DNA of 50,135 nt from Christensenellales bacterium. Its GTDB lineage: Bacteria; Bacillota; Clostridia; Christensenellales; CAG-138. Below are positions 34,104-43,119 of this stretch, one piece after another. Both the position numbers and the translations under genes were made by a program. The stretch lies in assembly GCA_045224495.1 (NCBI GenBank), contig JBGVAK010000071.1:1-50135 (forward strand). The letters run 5' to 3'. The notes under the pieces are model-generated. The model ran no database searches. It saw only the letters and a list, made by a program, of their open reading frames with translations, and was not told the DNA's origin. Position 1 is the first letter of the stretch. Each line of letters opens with the position of its first letter.

Positions 34104-35933
34104 TTATTTGAACTGATCGCAGATGCGCTGATAGGCGTCCGTGATCTTGCCGGGGCCGTACTTCTTAATCATCTTGCAGTAATCGTTCCAGGCCGTGTCG
34201 TCCTTGATGTTCAGCTTACCGGTGATGAACTGCGGGATCTGGGTGGACATATAGGTGTCGATGTTGGCCTTGGTCTTGTTGTACTGCGCGGATTCATCCG
34301 CCGTAAACTGGTCGTTGGTCTGCTTCTGGATGTAGCCGTAGTTCTGATAATGATCCCAGGCCAACATGCACTGGACGGCTTCGGGGGTGTAGCTCTGGTT
34401 CAGCGCCGGGACGAAGCCCCAGTCATAGAGGCCGATGGACATGCGCTTGCCGGCCACGGCGGAGGCCAGGTTGTTGTCCTCCCGGGTGGCGGGATTGCGG
34501 ACATAGACGGGGACGCCCTTCTCATCCACGCCGTCGGCATAGTAGCCGTACTCCAGGTTGAACTTGGCGTAGACGGGATCTTTGACTTCCTGGACCTCCT
34601 CTTTGGTCAGGCCGAAGCACAGTTTCAGCCCGCCGTCGGTGGTGAAGAGGTAATCCATGAACGTCAGGAGGGTCGGCAGGTCCTCTTCGGACACCTTCTT
34701 GGTGATGACCTGGGCGTTGCGCACGTGGCTGTACTGATACATGCTGTAGGGGACCTGGAGCTTGACGGCGTCGGAGCCGTAGACGTCGTTGATGGGCTGA
34801 TAGGCGCCCTGGATCATGATGCCCTTCGTCAGGGGCATATCGGCCACCTCCAGCAGGTCGCCGGTCTCCGCCCGGCGGCCTACGAACATGCCGATCTTGC
34901 CTGCGTGGGACGCGGAGGTGTTGATGGAATAGGCCTGATCGGTGGTCCGCTCGGCAAACTGCTTGTCCAGCCAGCCCTTGGTATACCAGTTGTTCAGGCA
35001 TTCGAGATAGGCCCGCATGGATTCAGAATCTCCGCCGAAGCCTGCGTTGTTGTCAGGAGTCAGGTACCACAGAGGCGCGCCGCCGCCAAAGGCCGTGAAC
35101 AGAGAGCCGTCCTCGTTGTATCCCTTATAGAAGATGGAGAGGCAGTATCCGTCCGTGATGCCCAGGTCAGCCTGAGCCTTGGTGAAGATGTCGAACATCC
35201 ATTCCCAGTCGGAAATGAATACGGGGCAGGTGCCGTCCCAGTCGGGATCGACGGTCAGATAAAAGGCCTTCAGTTGCTCGTTGTACCAGCTGGGGAACAC
35301 TACGTCGTCATGCCAGCCGTTCTCGTCCTTGGACCAGGTGAAGGCGGCGCCGGTTGAGGGGTTCACCCCGTACTTGGCGATCCAGTCCCGCCGATAGAGC
35401 CAGCCCATGAAGTTGTTCAGCGTCTCGTTGGTGATGGAGGAGATGGCCAGGATCTTCTGCTCCCCGTCCACGTTGGAATACAGGAACTGCCTGCTTTCAG
35501 GGTGGGCCTCCAGCGCCTTCTTGTAGTTGGGCATATACTGGTCGATATAGGGCGTGAGATCATAGATCACGTCGTCTTCATAGAGCTCGGAGGCGCTGGT
35601 GGTGGAGCGGCTCATGTCCATGATCATGGCATAGTCCTCGGTGGCCAGGAGCGTATTGAAGTTGTCCAGCTCCGCGCCGGAGATGGGGACCTGGAAACGG
35701 AACTTTAGCTTGCGCCCGTTGAAGTCCATGGTCTCGAAATATTTCACGACGGGGTTCTGCTCATAGGAATCGTAATAGGTGGAATCCTCACCCGCCGGGA
35801 TCCACCAGGTCACTTCCAGGGGCTTGGTGCCGTCGCCGCCGGCGGAGGCGTCCTCTTTGCCGCCGCAGCCCATGAGCAGCGCGGTGGACAGCAGCATCAC
35901 GAGACACAGTATCAGGGAAATCGCGCGTTTCAT
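34104..35933 (-). CDS. Large extracellular solute-binding lipoprotein (LplA-like sugar SBP)
   Basis: Lipoprotein signal MKRAISLILCLVMLLSTALLMGC. 609 aa. Confidence 0.88.
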   Translation of the reverse strand: MKRAISLILCLVMLLSTALLMGCGGKEDASAGGDGTKPLEVTWWIPAGEDSTYYDSYEQNPVVKYFETMDFNGRKLKFRFQVPISGAELDNFNTLLATEDYAMIMDMSRSTTSASELYEDDVIYDLTPYIDQYMPNYKKALEAHPESRQFLYSNVDGEQKILAISSITNETLNNFMGWLYRRDWIAKYGVNPSTGAAFTWSKDENGWHDDVVFPSWYNEQLKAFYLTVDPDWDGTCPVFISDWEWMFDIFTKAQADLGITDGYCLSIFYKGYNEDGSLFTAFGGGAPLWYLTPDNNAGFGGDSESMRAYLECLNNWYTKGWLDKQFAERTTDQAYSINTSASHAGKIGMFVGRRAETGDLLEVADMPLTKGIMIQGAYQPINDVYGSDAVKLQVPYSMYQYSHVRNAQVITKKVSEEDLPTLLTFMDYLFTTDGGLKLCFGLTKEEVQEVKDPVYAKFNLEYGYYADGVDEKGVPVYVRNPATREDNNLASAVAGKRMSIGLYDWGFVPALNQSYTPEAVQCMLAWDHYQNYGYIQKQTNDQFTADESAQYNKTKANIDTYMSTQIPQFITGKLNIKDDTAWNDYCKMIKKYGPGKITDAYQRICDQFK

Positions 35934-35961
35934 CTTTTTTCTCCTTAATATGCTGTATTGT

Positions 35962-37920
35962 TCATTCGGTGATTATCACGCAGGCGTGAGCGCCCAGGCG
36001 CGGCACAGTGATGGTCAGCACGCCGTTTTGCAGCGTGTACACGAGATTCCCCGGTTCATCCATATTTTCGCATACCGCGGTATCCTTTGTCCAGGGGATT
36101 GCAATGGTCTGGTCCGTCAGCAGGGCGGGGTCGAAGAAGCTGTTCCCGAAGTGGCCGCTGCCGTTGACGAAGTGGATCGTCTCAAAGCCTGCGCCACGGC
36201 CGCGGGTGATCTCCACCATGGGGCTGAGGGAGACCGCCGGAGAGATCAGACCGCACAGGCTCTCCAGCACGTCCTCCATGAACAGCAGCCAGTTGTCGAA
36301 GCCGTTCTGGTAGTAGGCCGTCCCCGGATACCAGGGAACGTACAGGACCTGCCCCTGTCCATAGGGGCGGCTGGTCGCGGCGGGGAAGGATGTGGCCTCG
36401 GCCGTGGGATAGCACAGTTCCGGCGGGCCGAAGGGTTCCGGCGGCAGCAGGACGCCGTACTTCTGCGTATCCTCCGCATATTCCGCTTCCCAATAGCTCT
36501 TGCCCAGCATGACGAAGGGCCTGTTCGAAAAATGGGGGAAGGCCGCCTGCTCCTCCCGGCGGATATGGAGCATGGCCCCCAGCAGCCGGTCGTTTCGCTT
36601 CGCCGTTTCCGCCAAGCCCAGGCAGGACAAAGCGGGAGGCTGGCCGATGCAGAGGACCGTGCCGCCCTCTTGCACAAACCTATCCAGCCGTTGGGCGGCT
36701 TCCGGACTGAGGCGGGGCTTCTCCGGCAGGACGATGGCCTTGTACCTGCCAAGCTCGATCTTGCCGAGGCCCCCCAGCAGCGTCTCGTCGAAGGGGATGT
36801 GCAGCTCCGTCAGCGCCCGGATCCAGCCCCGCTCCTCCGGGTTGGGGATCACGTAGGCGTCCCGGACCAGCAGGACATCCGCCAGAGACTGTACGTTATA
36901 TAGGTGCTTCTCATGGGCGGCGGCGTAGGCGAACACCTTCTTGACCCGATCGTAGGCCGAGGCATCCGCCTTGTTCTCGGGTCGGCCCATGATGTAGTAA
37001 TCGAGACCGGCGAAGTTAGAGAGGGTCTGATAGAGCCGCAGCTCCTGCAGGGCGAGCGTCGCCGCCACATGGCGATAGGAGAAGCCCATGAAGTCCACGT
37101 CGGCGCTGGTGCCGTTCACGCCCATGCCTCGAATGGCCCGGGCGTTGGAAGAAGCCTGATACTGCCAGTGGGGCAGCTCCCGGCCGTACTCCGAATTGGC
37201 CTCCTGGCGCACATAATCCACGGAGCAGTAGGCAAGCTCCGGCCGGATGCTCCGAAGGAGCTTCGTCACCCGCTGCTTCTGGGCGGCGGCCAGCTCCTGC
37301 TGGAAGCGGAAATAGATCATGCTGGCCTTGTCCCCGGGTCGGAGGGTCTCCGGTATGGACATGCCATACTTTTCCCGGAACGCTCGGCGGCAGTTCTCGC
37401 AATGGCAGGGACCGTGACGGTTCATGCTGTAATCCACGATGTACCCCGTGGCGGTGCCCATGTTGCAGTAGATGCCGTCGAAGGGGATGGCGGTCAGCAG
37501 CTCCTTCAGTATCTCGTCCATATAGCCGCCCTGGTAACCGCCTGAAAGGCAGGTCTGCACATATCCATTATAGATAAGGGGCGTTCCGTCGGCGTGGCGA
37601 TAGGCCCAATCCGGATGGCGCTCGAACACGCTTTCGTCGATCTTGGAGAAATCCGTCCGAGCGATGACCCGGATGCCCGCCTCATGGCAGCGGTCCACCA
37701 AATGCTTCAGATCGAATCCGTCGAGAAAGGCGCTCCGGGGCTGGTCGGCAAGCTCGGTCGGGTAGCTGGCGATAAGGCCGGCCGCGTTGAGCATGACGGC
37801 GTTGCAGGAGAAGGAGACCAGCTCCTCCATGAATCGATCCTCGTCAAATTCCCGGGTGTCGATCTCCCGGAAATTGGGCTGGATCATGCGCCAGGGGTAA
37901 TTTGTCCACCAACCGTCCAT
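35962..37920 (-). CDS. Putative glycoside hydrolase (GH42-like TIM barrel plus trimerisation-like domain)
   Basis: ORF 35962..38124 trimmed to ATG 37920 after AGGAG (MDGWWTNYPWRMIQPNFREID). The functional call is tentative. Confidence 0.7.
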   Translation of the reverse strand: MDGWWTNYPWRMIQPNFREIDTREFDEDRFMEELVSFSCNAVMLNAAGLIASYPTELADQPRSAFLDGFDLKHLVDRCHEAGIRVIARTDFSKIDESVFERHPDWAYRHADGTPLIYNGYVQTCLSGGYQGGYMDEILKELLTAIPFDGIYCNMGTATGYIVDYSMNRHGPCHCENCRRAFREKYGMSIPETLRPGDKASMIYFRFQQELAAAQKQRVTKLLRSIRPELAYCSVDYVRQEANSEYGRELPHWQYQASSNARAIRGMGVNGTSADVDFMGFSYRHVAATLALQELRLYQTLSNFAGLDYYIMGRPENKADASAYDRVKKVFAYAAAHEKHLYNVQSLADVLLVRDAYVIPNPEERGWIRALTELHIPFDETLLGGLGKIELGRYKAIVLPEKPRLSPEAAQRLDRFVQEGGTVLCIGQPPALSCLGLAETAKRNDRLLGAMLHIRREEQAAFPHFSNRPFVMLGKSYWEAEYAEDTQKYGVLLPPEPFGPPELCYPTAEATSFPAATSRPYGQGQVLYVPWYPGTAYYQNGFDNWLLFMEDVLESLCGLISPAVSLSPMVEITRGRGAGFETIHFVNGSGHFGNSFFDPALLTDQTIAIPWTKDTAVCENMDEPGNLVYTLQNGVLTITVPRLGAHACVIITE

Positions 37921-37981
37921 ACCTTGCTCCTGTGTTTGATGCCTATATTGTAAAAAACCGATGGGCCATCGTAAATCTGAC

Positions 37982-38011
37982 GATTTGCTTTTGGGTCCGT
38001 CCATTTGCTTT
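37982..38011. promoter_or_regulatory. Tandem (G/C)ATTTGCTTT sites, 20-nt period (shared operator-like motif, copy 3)
   Basis: GATTTGCTTTTGGGTCCGTC followed by CATTTGCTTTCGTGTGCAG. Lies 62 nt upstream of the GH42-like start, in the divergent region shared with GH2. Confidence 0.4.
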
Positions 38012-38147
38012 CGTGTGCAGAAAAAAGGATCTTCGGCCGAAATAACACCGTGACAATCAGCAGACAGCAACGCAAATCCACGGATAGAAAAGCAGAAACA
38101 TGGCTGGTATCCTTGTGGCAGCAAACATCAAAACGAGGAGGAGAACC

Positions 38148-40325
38148 ATGCGAAGGATCATTCCTTTACAGGATCAGTGGCTGTTTACGAAGGAAGGCGA
38201 AACCGCTTCGGTCACACTGCCTCATACGTGGAATGCAATCGACGGCGCGGACGGCGGCAACGATTACTACCGCGGCGTATGCACCTATCGCAGAACAGTG
38301 AAAAAGCCGCCGATGAACGAGCTGGATCGAGCGTACCTGGAGTTCCTGGGCGTCAACGCCTCGGCCAGCGTCTACTGCAACGGGATCCTGTGCGGGACCC
38401 ATGGCGGGGGGTATTCCACCTTCCGGGTGGATATCACGGATGCGCTTCAAGCCGAGAACGAGCTGTGCGTCAAGGTGGACAATCGGTTCAACGACAGGGT
38501 CTATCCCCAGCGGGCAGATTTCACCTTCTACGGCGGCATCTATCGGGACGTCAATCTGATCGTGGTTCCTTCCTGCCACTTCGCATTGGATCACGACGGC
38601 TCGGCGGGCCTGATCATCCATACCGAAATGGAAGGCGACGACGCCGTGATCCGGCTGCACGCCACGGTGGACGATCTGTATGATCGCATCATCTACAGGA
38701 TCACGGAAGAGAAAAGCGGAAACCCGGTGGCTGAAGCAGAGGGAGAGCGGGCTGAGGTGCGCCTGTCTTCGCCCCATCTCTGGGACGGCGTACGGGACCC
38801 GTTCCTCTACCGCGTCACCGCCACCGTGTATCAGGATGAGACGGCAGCAGATGAAGTCTCCCTTTGCTTCGGGTGCCGCAGCTTTGCCTTCGACGCCGAA
38901 AAGGGCTTTTTTCTGAACGGACGCTCCTACCCGCTGCACGGCGTCAGTCGCCACCAGGACCGGGAGGGCGTGGGCAACGCACTGACGAAAGCTATGCACG
39001 AGGAGGACTTCGCCTTGATCATGGAGATGGGCGCCAACGCTGTGCGCCTTGCCCACTATCAGCACGATCCCTATGTCTACGACCTGTGCGACCGGCTGGG
39101 CCTCATCGTCTGGGCGGAGATCCCGTACATTTCCGAGCATATGCCCAACGCCAAGCGCAACGCGGAGCAGCAACTGTGCGAGCTGATCCATCAGCATGAG
39201 CATCACGCCTCCATCGCCTGTTGGGCCCTGTCCAACGAGATCACCGCTTCGGGGTATTCCCAGGACCTGTACGAAGCTCACCTGTATCTCCATGATCTGG
39301 CCCGCTCGCTGGATCCCACCCGTCCCACAGCCGTGGCCAACGCATTCATGCTGCCCCAGGATTCACCGCTGCTGGAGGTGCCGGACGTGATCGGATACAA
39401 CCTTTACTTCGGGTGGTATCTGGGAACAGCGGAGCAGAACGGAGAATTCCTGGACAGCGTCCACGCCAAGCATCCTGCGAAGCCTCTGGCCTTGACCGAA
39501 TACGGCGCCGATGCGTTCCTGGCCTGGCAGACGGCAAAACCCCGGCGGGGTGACTACACCGAGCAATACCAGGCGGCATATCACAAAGCGCTTCTGGAGA
39601 TATTGGAGAGCCGTCCGTATCTTTGGGGCGGATTCGTCTGGAACATGTTCGACTTTGCCGCCGACGCACGCAACGAGGGCGGCATGCCCGGGCGCAACGG
39701 CAAGGGCCTCATCACCTTTGACAGAAAAACGAAGAAGGATGCGTTCTATCTCTATAAGGCCTATTGGTCTTCCGAGCCCTTCGTCCACATCTGCGGACGG
39801 CGCTATGTGGATCGGATCGAGGACATGACGACGGTGACAGTCTATTCCAATCAGCCCTCTGTTACCCTGTATCGAAACGGTGAACGGTATGAAGAGCAGA
39901 TCGGACGGCGCATCTTCACTTTTGCGGTGCCGAACACGGGCGTGACCGAGCTGAAAGCCGTGGCCGGCGATCAAACCGATTCGATCCGGTTCCGGAAGGT
40001 CGATGAGCCGAACCCGGCGTATACGCTGCCCGGGCAGGAGATCATCAACTGGCTGGATCAGGAAGTGCTTCCCCAGCCGGAAGGCCGATTCTCGGTGTAT
40101 GACACCATAGGCAATCTATGTGCCGTGCCGGAGGGACGAGCGTTTGTGATGGGCATGATGGGGCGCAGCAACGGAACGAACATCCATGTCAAATTTGATG
40201 ACGCCATGCTGCAGATGACCAGATCTGAAACCATCGCCGGCATCGTCGTCCGCAAAAATGTTCCTGATCCCAAAGCGACCCTGAAAGAGCTGAACGCAAA
40301 GCTGAATCGGATCGCCAGGACGTAA
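38148..40325 (+). CDS. Glycoside hydrolase family 2 (beta-galactosidase/beta-glucuronidase-like)
   Basis: Trimmed to ATG 38148 after AGGAGGAG. Motifs VTLPHTWNA, GGIYRDV, NAVRLAHYQ, WALSNE and LTEYGAD (acid/base and nucleophile regions). Confidence 0.9.
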   Translation: MRRIIPLQDQWLFTKEGETASVTLPHTWNAIDGADGGNDYYRGVCTYRRTVKKPPMNELDRAYLEFLGVNASASVYCNGILCGTHGGGYSTFRVDITDALQAENELCVKVDNRFNDRVYPQRADFTFYGGIYRDVNLIVVPSCHFALDHDGSAGLIIHTEMEGDDAVIRLHATVDDLYDRIIYRITEEKSGNPVAEAEGERAEVRLSSPHLWDGVRDPFLYRVTATVYQDETAADEVSLCFGCRSFAFDAEKGFFLNGRSYPLHGVSRHQDREGVGNALTKAMHEEDFALIMEMGANAVRLAHYQHDPYVYDLCDRLGLIVWAEIPYISEHMPNAKRNAEQQLCELIHQHEHHASIACWALSNEITASGYSQDLYEAHLYLHDLARSLDPTRPTAVANAFMLPQDSPLLEVPDVIGYNLYFGWYLGTAEQNGEFLDSVHAKHPAKPLALTEYGADAFLAWQTAKPRRGDYTEQYQAAYHKALLEILESRPYLWGGFVWNMFDFAADARNEGGMPGRNGKGLITFDRKTKKDAFYLYKAYWSSEPFVHICGRRYVDRIEDMTTVTVYSNQPSVTLYRNGERYEEQIGRRIFTFAVPNTGVTELKAVAGDQTDSIRFRKVDEPNPAYTLPGQEIINWLDQEVLPQPEGRFSVYDTIGNLCAVPEGRAFVMGMMGRSNGTNIHVKFDDAMLQMTRSETIAGIVVRKNVPDPKATLKELNAKLNRIART

Positions 40326-40346
40326 GGACACAACGTGTTTATCCTG

Positions 40347-40368
40347 CCGCCCACGTGGGCGGTTTTTT
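40347..40368 (+). terminator. Intrinsic terminator
   Basis: CCGCCCAC-GTGGGCGG followed by TTTTTT. Confidence 0.7.
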
Positions 40369-40372
40369 GTGC

Positions 40373-40406
40373 GCAAAGGCCGCTCCCCATGGGGAGCGGC
40401 CTTTGC
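40373..40406. repeat. Perfect 34-nt palindrome/hairpin between convergent genes
   Basis: GCAAAGGCCGCTCCCC paired with GGGGAGCGGCCTTTGC. No U tract on either strand. Confidence 0.5.
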
Positions 40407-40444
40407 ATAGGAGGAACCGTGCATGAAAAAGAGTGGTAAATTCT

Positions 40445-41392
40445 TTATTTCACAAGATTGATGGGATCGCCGTCCAGCCAATGCCGGAGATTATCGAACA
40501 CGATTTCGGCCCGCAATGTCATGGATTCCTGGGTGGCAAAGGCGATATGGGGTGTGAGGATGGTGTTCTTCGCCGCCAGCAGGGGCTCGGAAGCGTCCAG
40601 GGGCGGCTCCTTATCGAACACGTCCAGGGCCGCGCCGGCGATGACACCGGTATTCAGCGCGTCTGCCAGGTCCTGAGATTTCACCACCGGACCACGAGCC
40701 AGATTGATGAGCACCGCGGTGGGCTTCATCTGGGCGATGGCCTCCCGATCGATCATGCCGCGGGTGGAAGCGTTCAGGGGGCAATGGAGCACCACGATGT
40801 CGGAACGCTCCAATAGAGCTTCCTTCGTCACCTGCTCGATATAGGCAGGCGCATCGGAATGGACCGAGCGGCTGGAAGCGAGGATGCGGCATCCGAAAGC
40901 ATGGAACAGCTCCGCGCTGCGGGAGCCGATCTTGCCGAGGCCGATGATGCCCACGGTCTTGCCCCTGAGCTCGTTCCCCACCAATCCGGCCTTCGTGCCC
41001 AGGGCACGGCAGCGCTCGTCCACCTTTGGCACGTTCCTGAGCAGCGAGATCGCCAGCCCGACGCCCAGCTCGGCAACGGATTCGTTGGAGTAACCGGAGG
41101 CGTTGGAGGCAACGATCCCCTTATCCCGGACCACGTCCATGGCCACGTGATCGACGCCGGTAAAGGCGATATCGATGTATTTGAGCCTGTCGCAGGCACG
41201 CAGCACTTCGGCGGGCATGGGCATGTTGGCGAGGATCATCACGTCCGCGTCCTTTGCCTCCTCGATCAGTGCGGGAACATCGGTCCTTTTATCATATTCG
41301 ACAAAGCTGTGGCCTTCCTTTTCAAAAGGAAGCTTCCGCGCCGCCAGCTCCTCAGCGCTGATCCCCAGGGATTCCATAATTGCTATCTTCAT
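40445..41392 (-). CDS. D-2-hydroxyacid dehydrogenase (phosphoglycerate/glycerate dehydrogenase-like)
   Basis: 315 aa with GIIGLGKIGSRSA, NLARGPVV and TPHIAF motifs. Confidence 0.88.
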   Translation of the reverse strand: MKIAIMESLGISAEELAARKLPFEKEGHSFVEYDKRTDVPALIEEAKDADVMILANMPMPAEVLRACDRLKYIDIAFTGVDHVAMDVVRDKGIVASNASGYSNESVAELGVGLAISLLRNVPKVDERCRALGTKAGLVGNELRGKTVGIIGLGKIGSRSAELFHAFGCRILASSRSVHSDAPAYIEQVTKEALLERSDIVVLHCPLNASTRGMIDREAIAQMKPTAVLINLARGPVVKSQDLADALNTGVIAGAALDVFDKEPPLDASEPLLAAKNTILTPHIAFATQESMTLRAEIVFDNLRHWLDGDPINLVK

Positions 41393-41458
41393 TGGATACC
41401 TCCCGCCTGAATTTGATACTCACAGTATACCTTGATCAGCCGTCAAATGTCATCCCAT

Positions 41459-41486
41459 GATTTGCTATCCTGTTTGCTGATTCGTC
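41459..41486. promoter_or_regulatory. Tandem GATTYG half-sites, 20-nt period (shared operator-like motif, copy 4)
   Basis: GATTTGCTATCCTGTTTGCT followed by GATTCGTC. Lies 67 nt upstream of the dehydrogenase start and overlaps the MATE stop codon. Confidence 0.4.
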
Positions 41487-42832
41487 ATGTTCGTCCGAGC
41501 ATTGACGATCTGCCGCCGACACAGCAGGACGCCTGTCGCCGCACAGAGGATCGTCGTAGCGGATGCAGAAAAAACCAGGCCAATGAATCCGAACAAGACG
41601 TTCATCCCAACGAGCAGAAGGAGGTGCGCGATCTGCCGAAACACGGCAAAACCTGTAGCGGCTGAAACGTTCCCTGTTCCTTGCAAATAGACGATGGACA
41701 GCTGGAGCACGCCCTGAAACGGGCCCCCGGCCAGGGAACCCAGTACCATGACGCTGCCGTAGCGGATCACCTCTGCGTCGTTGATAAACAGGGCGATCAA
41801 CGGGTTACGGAACACTGCTCCAGCGACGGAAAGCAGGATCCCGATGGCAGTCGTGGAAAGGAGCGCAACGCGTAAAATGCGCCGCATCCGATCCCGATCT
41901 TTTGCCCCGTGATAATAGGAAATAGCCGGCTGGATCCCCATGCAGACCCCCATGATCAGCATATAGACAACCATTCTGAGTTTTGAGGAAACGCCGTTGG
42001 CGGCCAGGAACAAATCTCCGTACTGTGTCAAAAACCGATTGTTTATCACACCGGAAAAGCTGGTCAGCAGCGTGTTGACCATCATAGGCAAACCCAGGAG
42101 CAAAACGGCGCCGGTCAGATCCCATATGAAGCGAATATCCCGGGGAGAAACCGAGAACAAACCCCGTTTCCTATATAAAAGGCCCACCAGCCATGCGGCG
42201 TTGAGTATATTGGCGATCACCGTCGCTTCCGCCGCGCCTCGGACGCCTCTGCCCAGGAGCAGGATAAAAAGCGGGTCCAGGATGATATTGGAAAGGGAGC
42301 CGATCATGTTCCCGTACATGGGTGCGCGGACCTCTCCATCCGCACGAAGGAGTGCGGACATGGATTGGCAAAACAGCATCAGCGGGATCCCGCATGCCAT
42401 GACCGTAAGATAGGATCGGGCAGGAGCGAATGTGTTTTCCGATGCGCCGAGCAGCGAAAGGACCCGGGGCAGAAACAGAAGCATCCCGACAGAAAGCAGC
42501 GTGCCCATAACGATCACGCCCCAAAAACAGAAAGCCGAAGCCGCTCGCACCTGCTCTCGCTTTTGCTCTCCCAGGAGCGTGGCGCAGCGGATGCTTCCAC
42601 CGTTTCCGAACAGCATACCGACGGCGGACACCAGGGAAAAGATCGGGGAACACAGGGACACGGCGGCCACCTGCATCCGATCGTTCAGCTGCCCCACGAA
42701 GAATACATCTGCCATATTGTAAAGAAGCATAATGAGCGTGGTCAGCACAGAAGGGATGCTGAGCGTCAGCAGCAGCCTCCATGGCCGATTCGTTTCAAAC
42801 ACGGTTGATTGTATGGCGCGTCCTGATTTCAC
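41465..42832 (-). CDS. MATE-family efflux transporter
   Basis: 455 aa and polytopic, with the MATE N-terminal pattern LLTLSIPSVLTTLIMLLYNMADVFFVGQL. Confidence 0.88.
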   Translation of the reverse strand: MKSGRAIQSTVFETNRPWRLLLTLSIPSVLTTLIMLLYNMADVFFVGQLNDRMQVAAVSLCSPIFSLVSAVGMLFGNGGSIRCATLLGEQKREQVRAASAFCFWGVIVMGTLLSVGMLLFLPRVLSLLGASENTFAPARSYLTVMACGIPLMLFCQSMSALLRADGEVRAPMYGNMIGSLSNIILDPLFILLLGRGVRGAAEATVIANILNAAWLVGLLYRKRGLFSVSPRDIRFIWDLTGAVLLLGLPMMVNTLLTSFSGVINNRFLTQYGDLFLAANGVSSKLRMVVYMLIMGVCMGIQPAISYYHGAKDRDRMRRILRVALLSTTAIGILLSVAGAVFRNPLIALFINDAEVIRYGSVMVLGSLAGGPFQGVLQLSIVYLQGTGNVSAATGFAVFRQIAHLLLLVGMNVLFGFIGLVFSASATTILCAATGVLLCRRQIVNARTNMTNQQTG

Positions 42833-42885
42833 CTTCGGTCTTCCTCTATAAAAGTATACGTCCTCCCTTTTTTTGACGCATCAGG

Positions 42886-42911
42886 CCATTCGCTTTCGTG
42901 TTCAGCCATTC
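42886..42911. promoter_or_regulatory. CCATTCGCTTTCGTGTTCAG plus CCATTC (shared operator-like motif, copy 5)
   Basis: Matches 38001-38020 (ccatttgctttcgtgtgcag) at 18 of 20 positions. Lies 54 nt upstream of the MATE start. Confidence 0.4.
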
Positions 42912-43119
42912 CTGACAGATGAACGTTCCGGAGGAGATCCTGTGTCCGCCTGCCGTTTCCGTAAAAGAGGATAGCCAAAATCTTCACAAAAGACAGCGAA
43001 TCATCCGACAGGTAAGCGAATGGTCTAACTTCATTGAAAGCGGAAAGCAAGTACAATACGATCAAGAGGAAGGGAATGACTCCTCAATACACACAGAAAT
43101 ATTAGATCAGGAGGATACT

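Noticed and set aside
40373-40406. The perfect palindrome, considered as a possible IS end, att site or REP-like repeat.
   Set aside because: There is a single copy in the window with no flanking mobile genes. It is most simply a transcript-end hairpin between convergent genes. It is kept as a low-confidence feature only.
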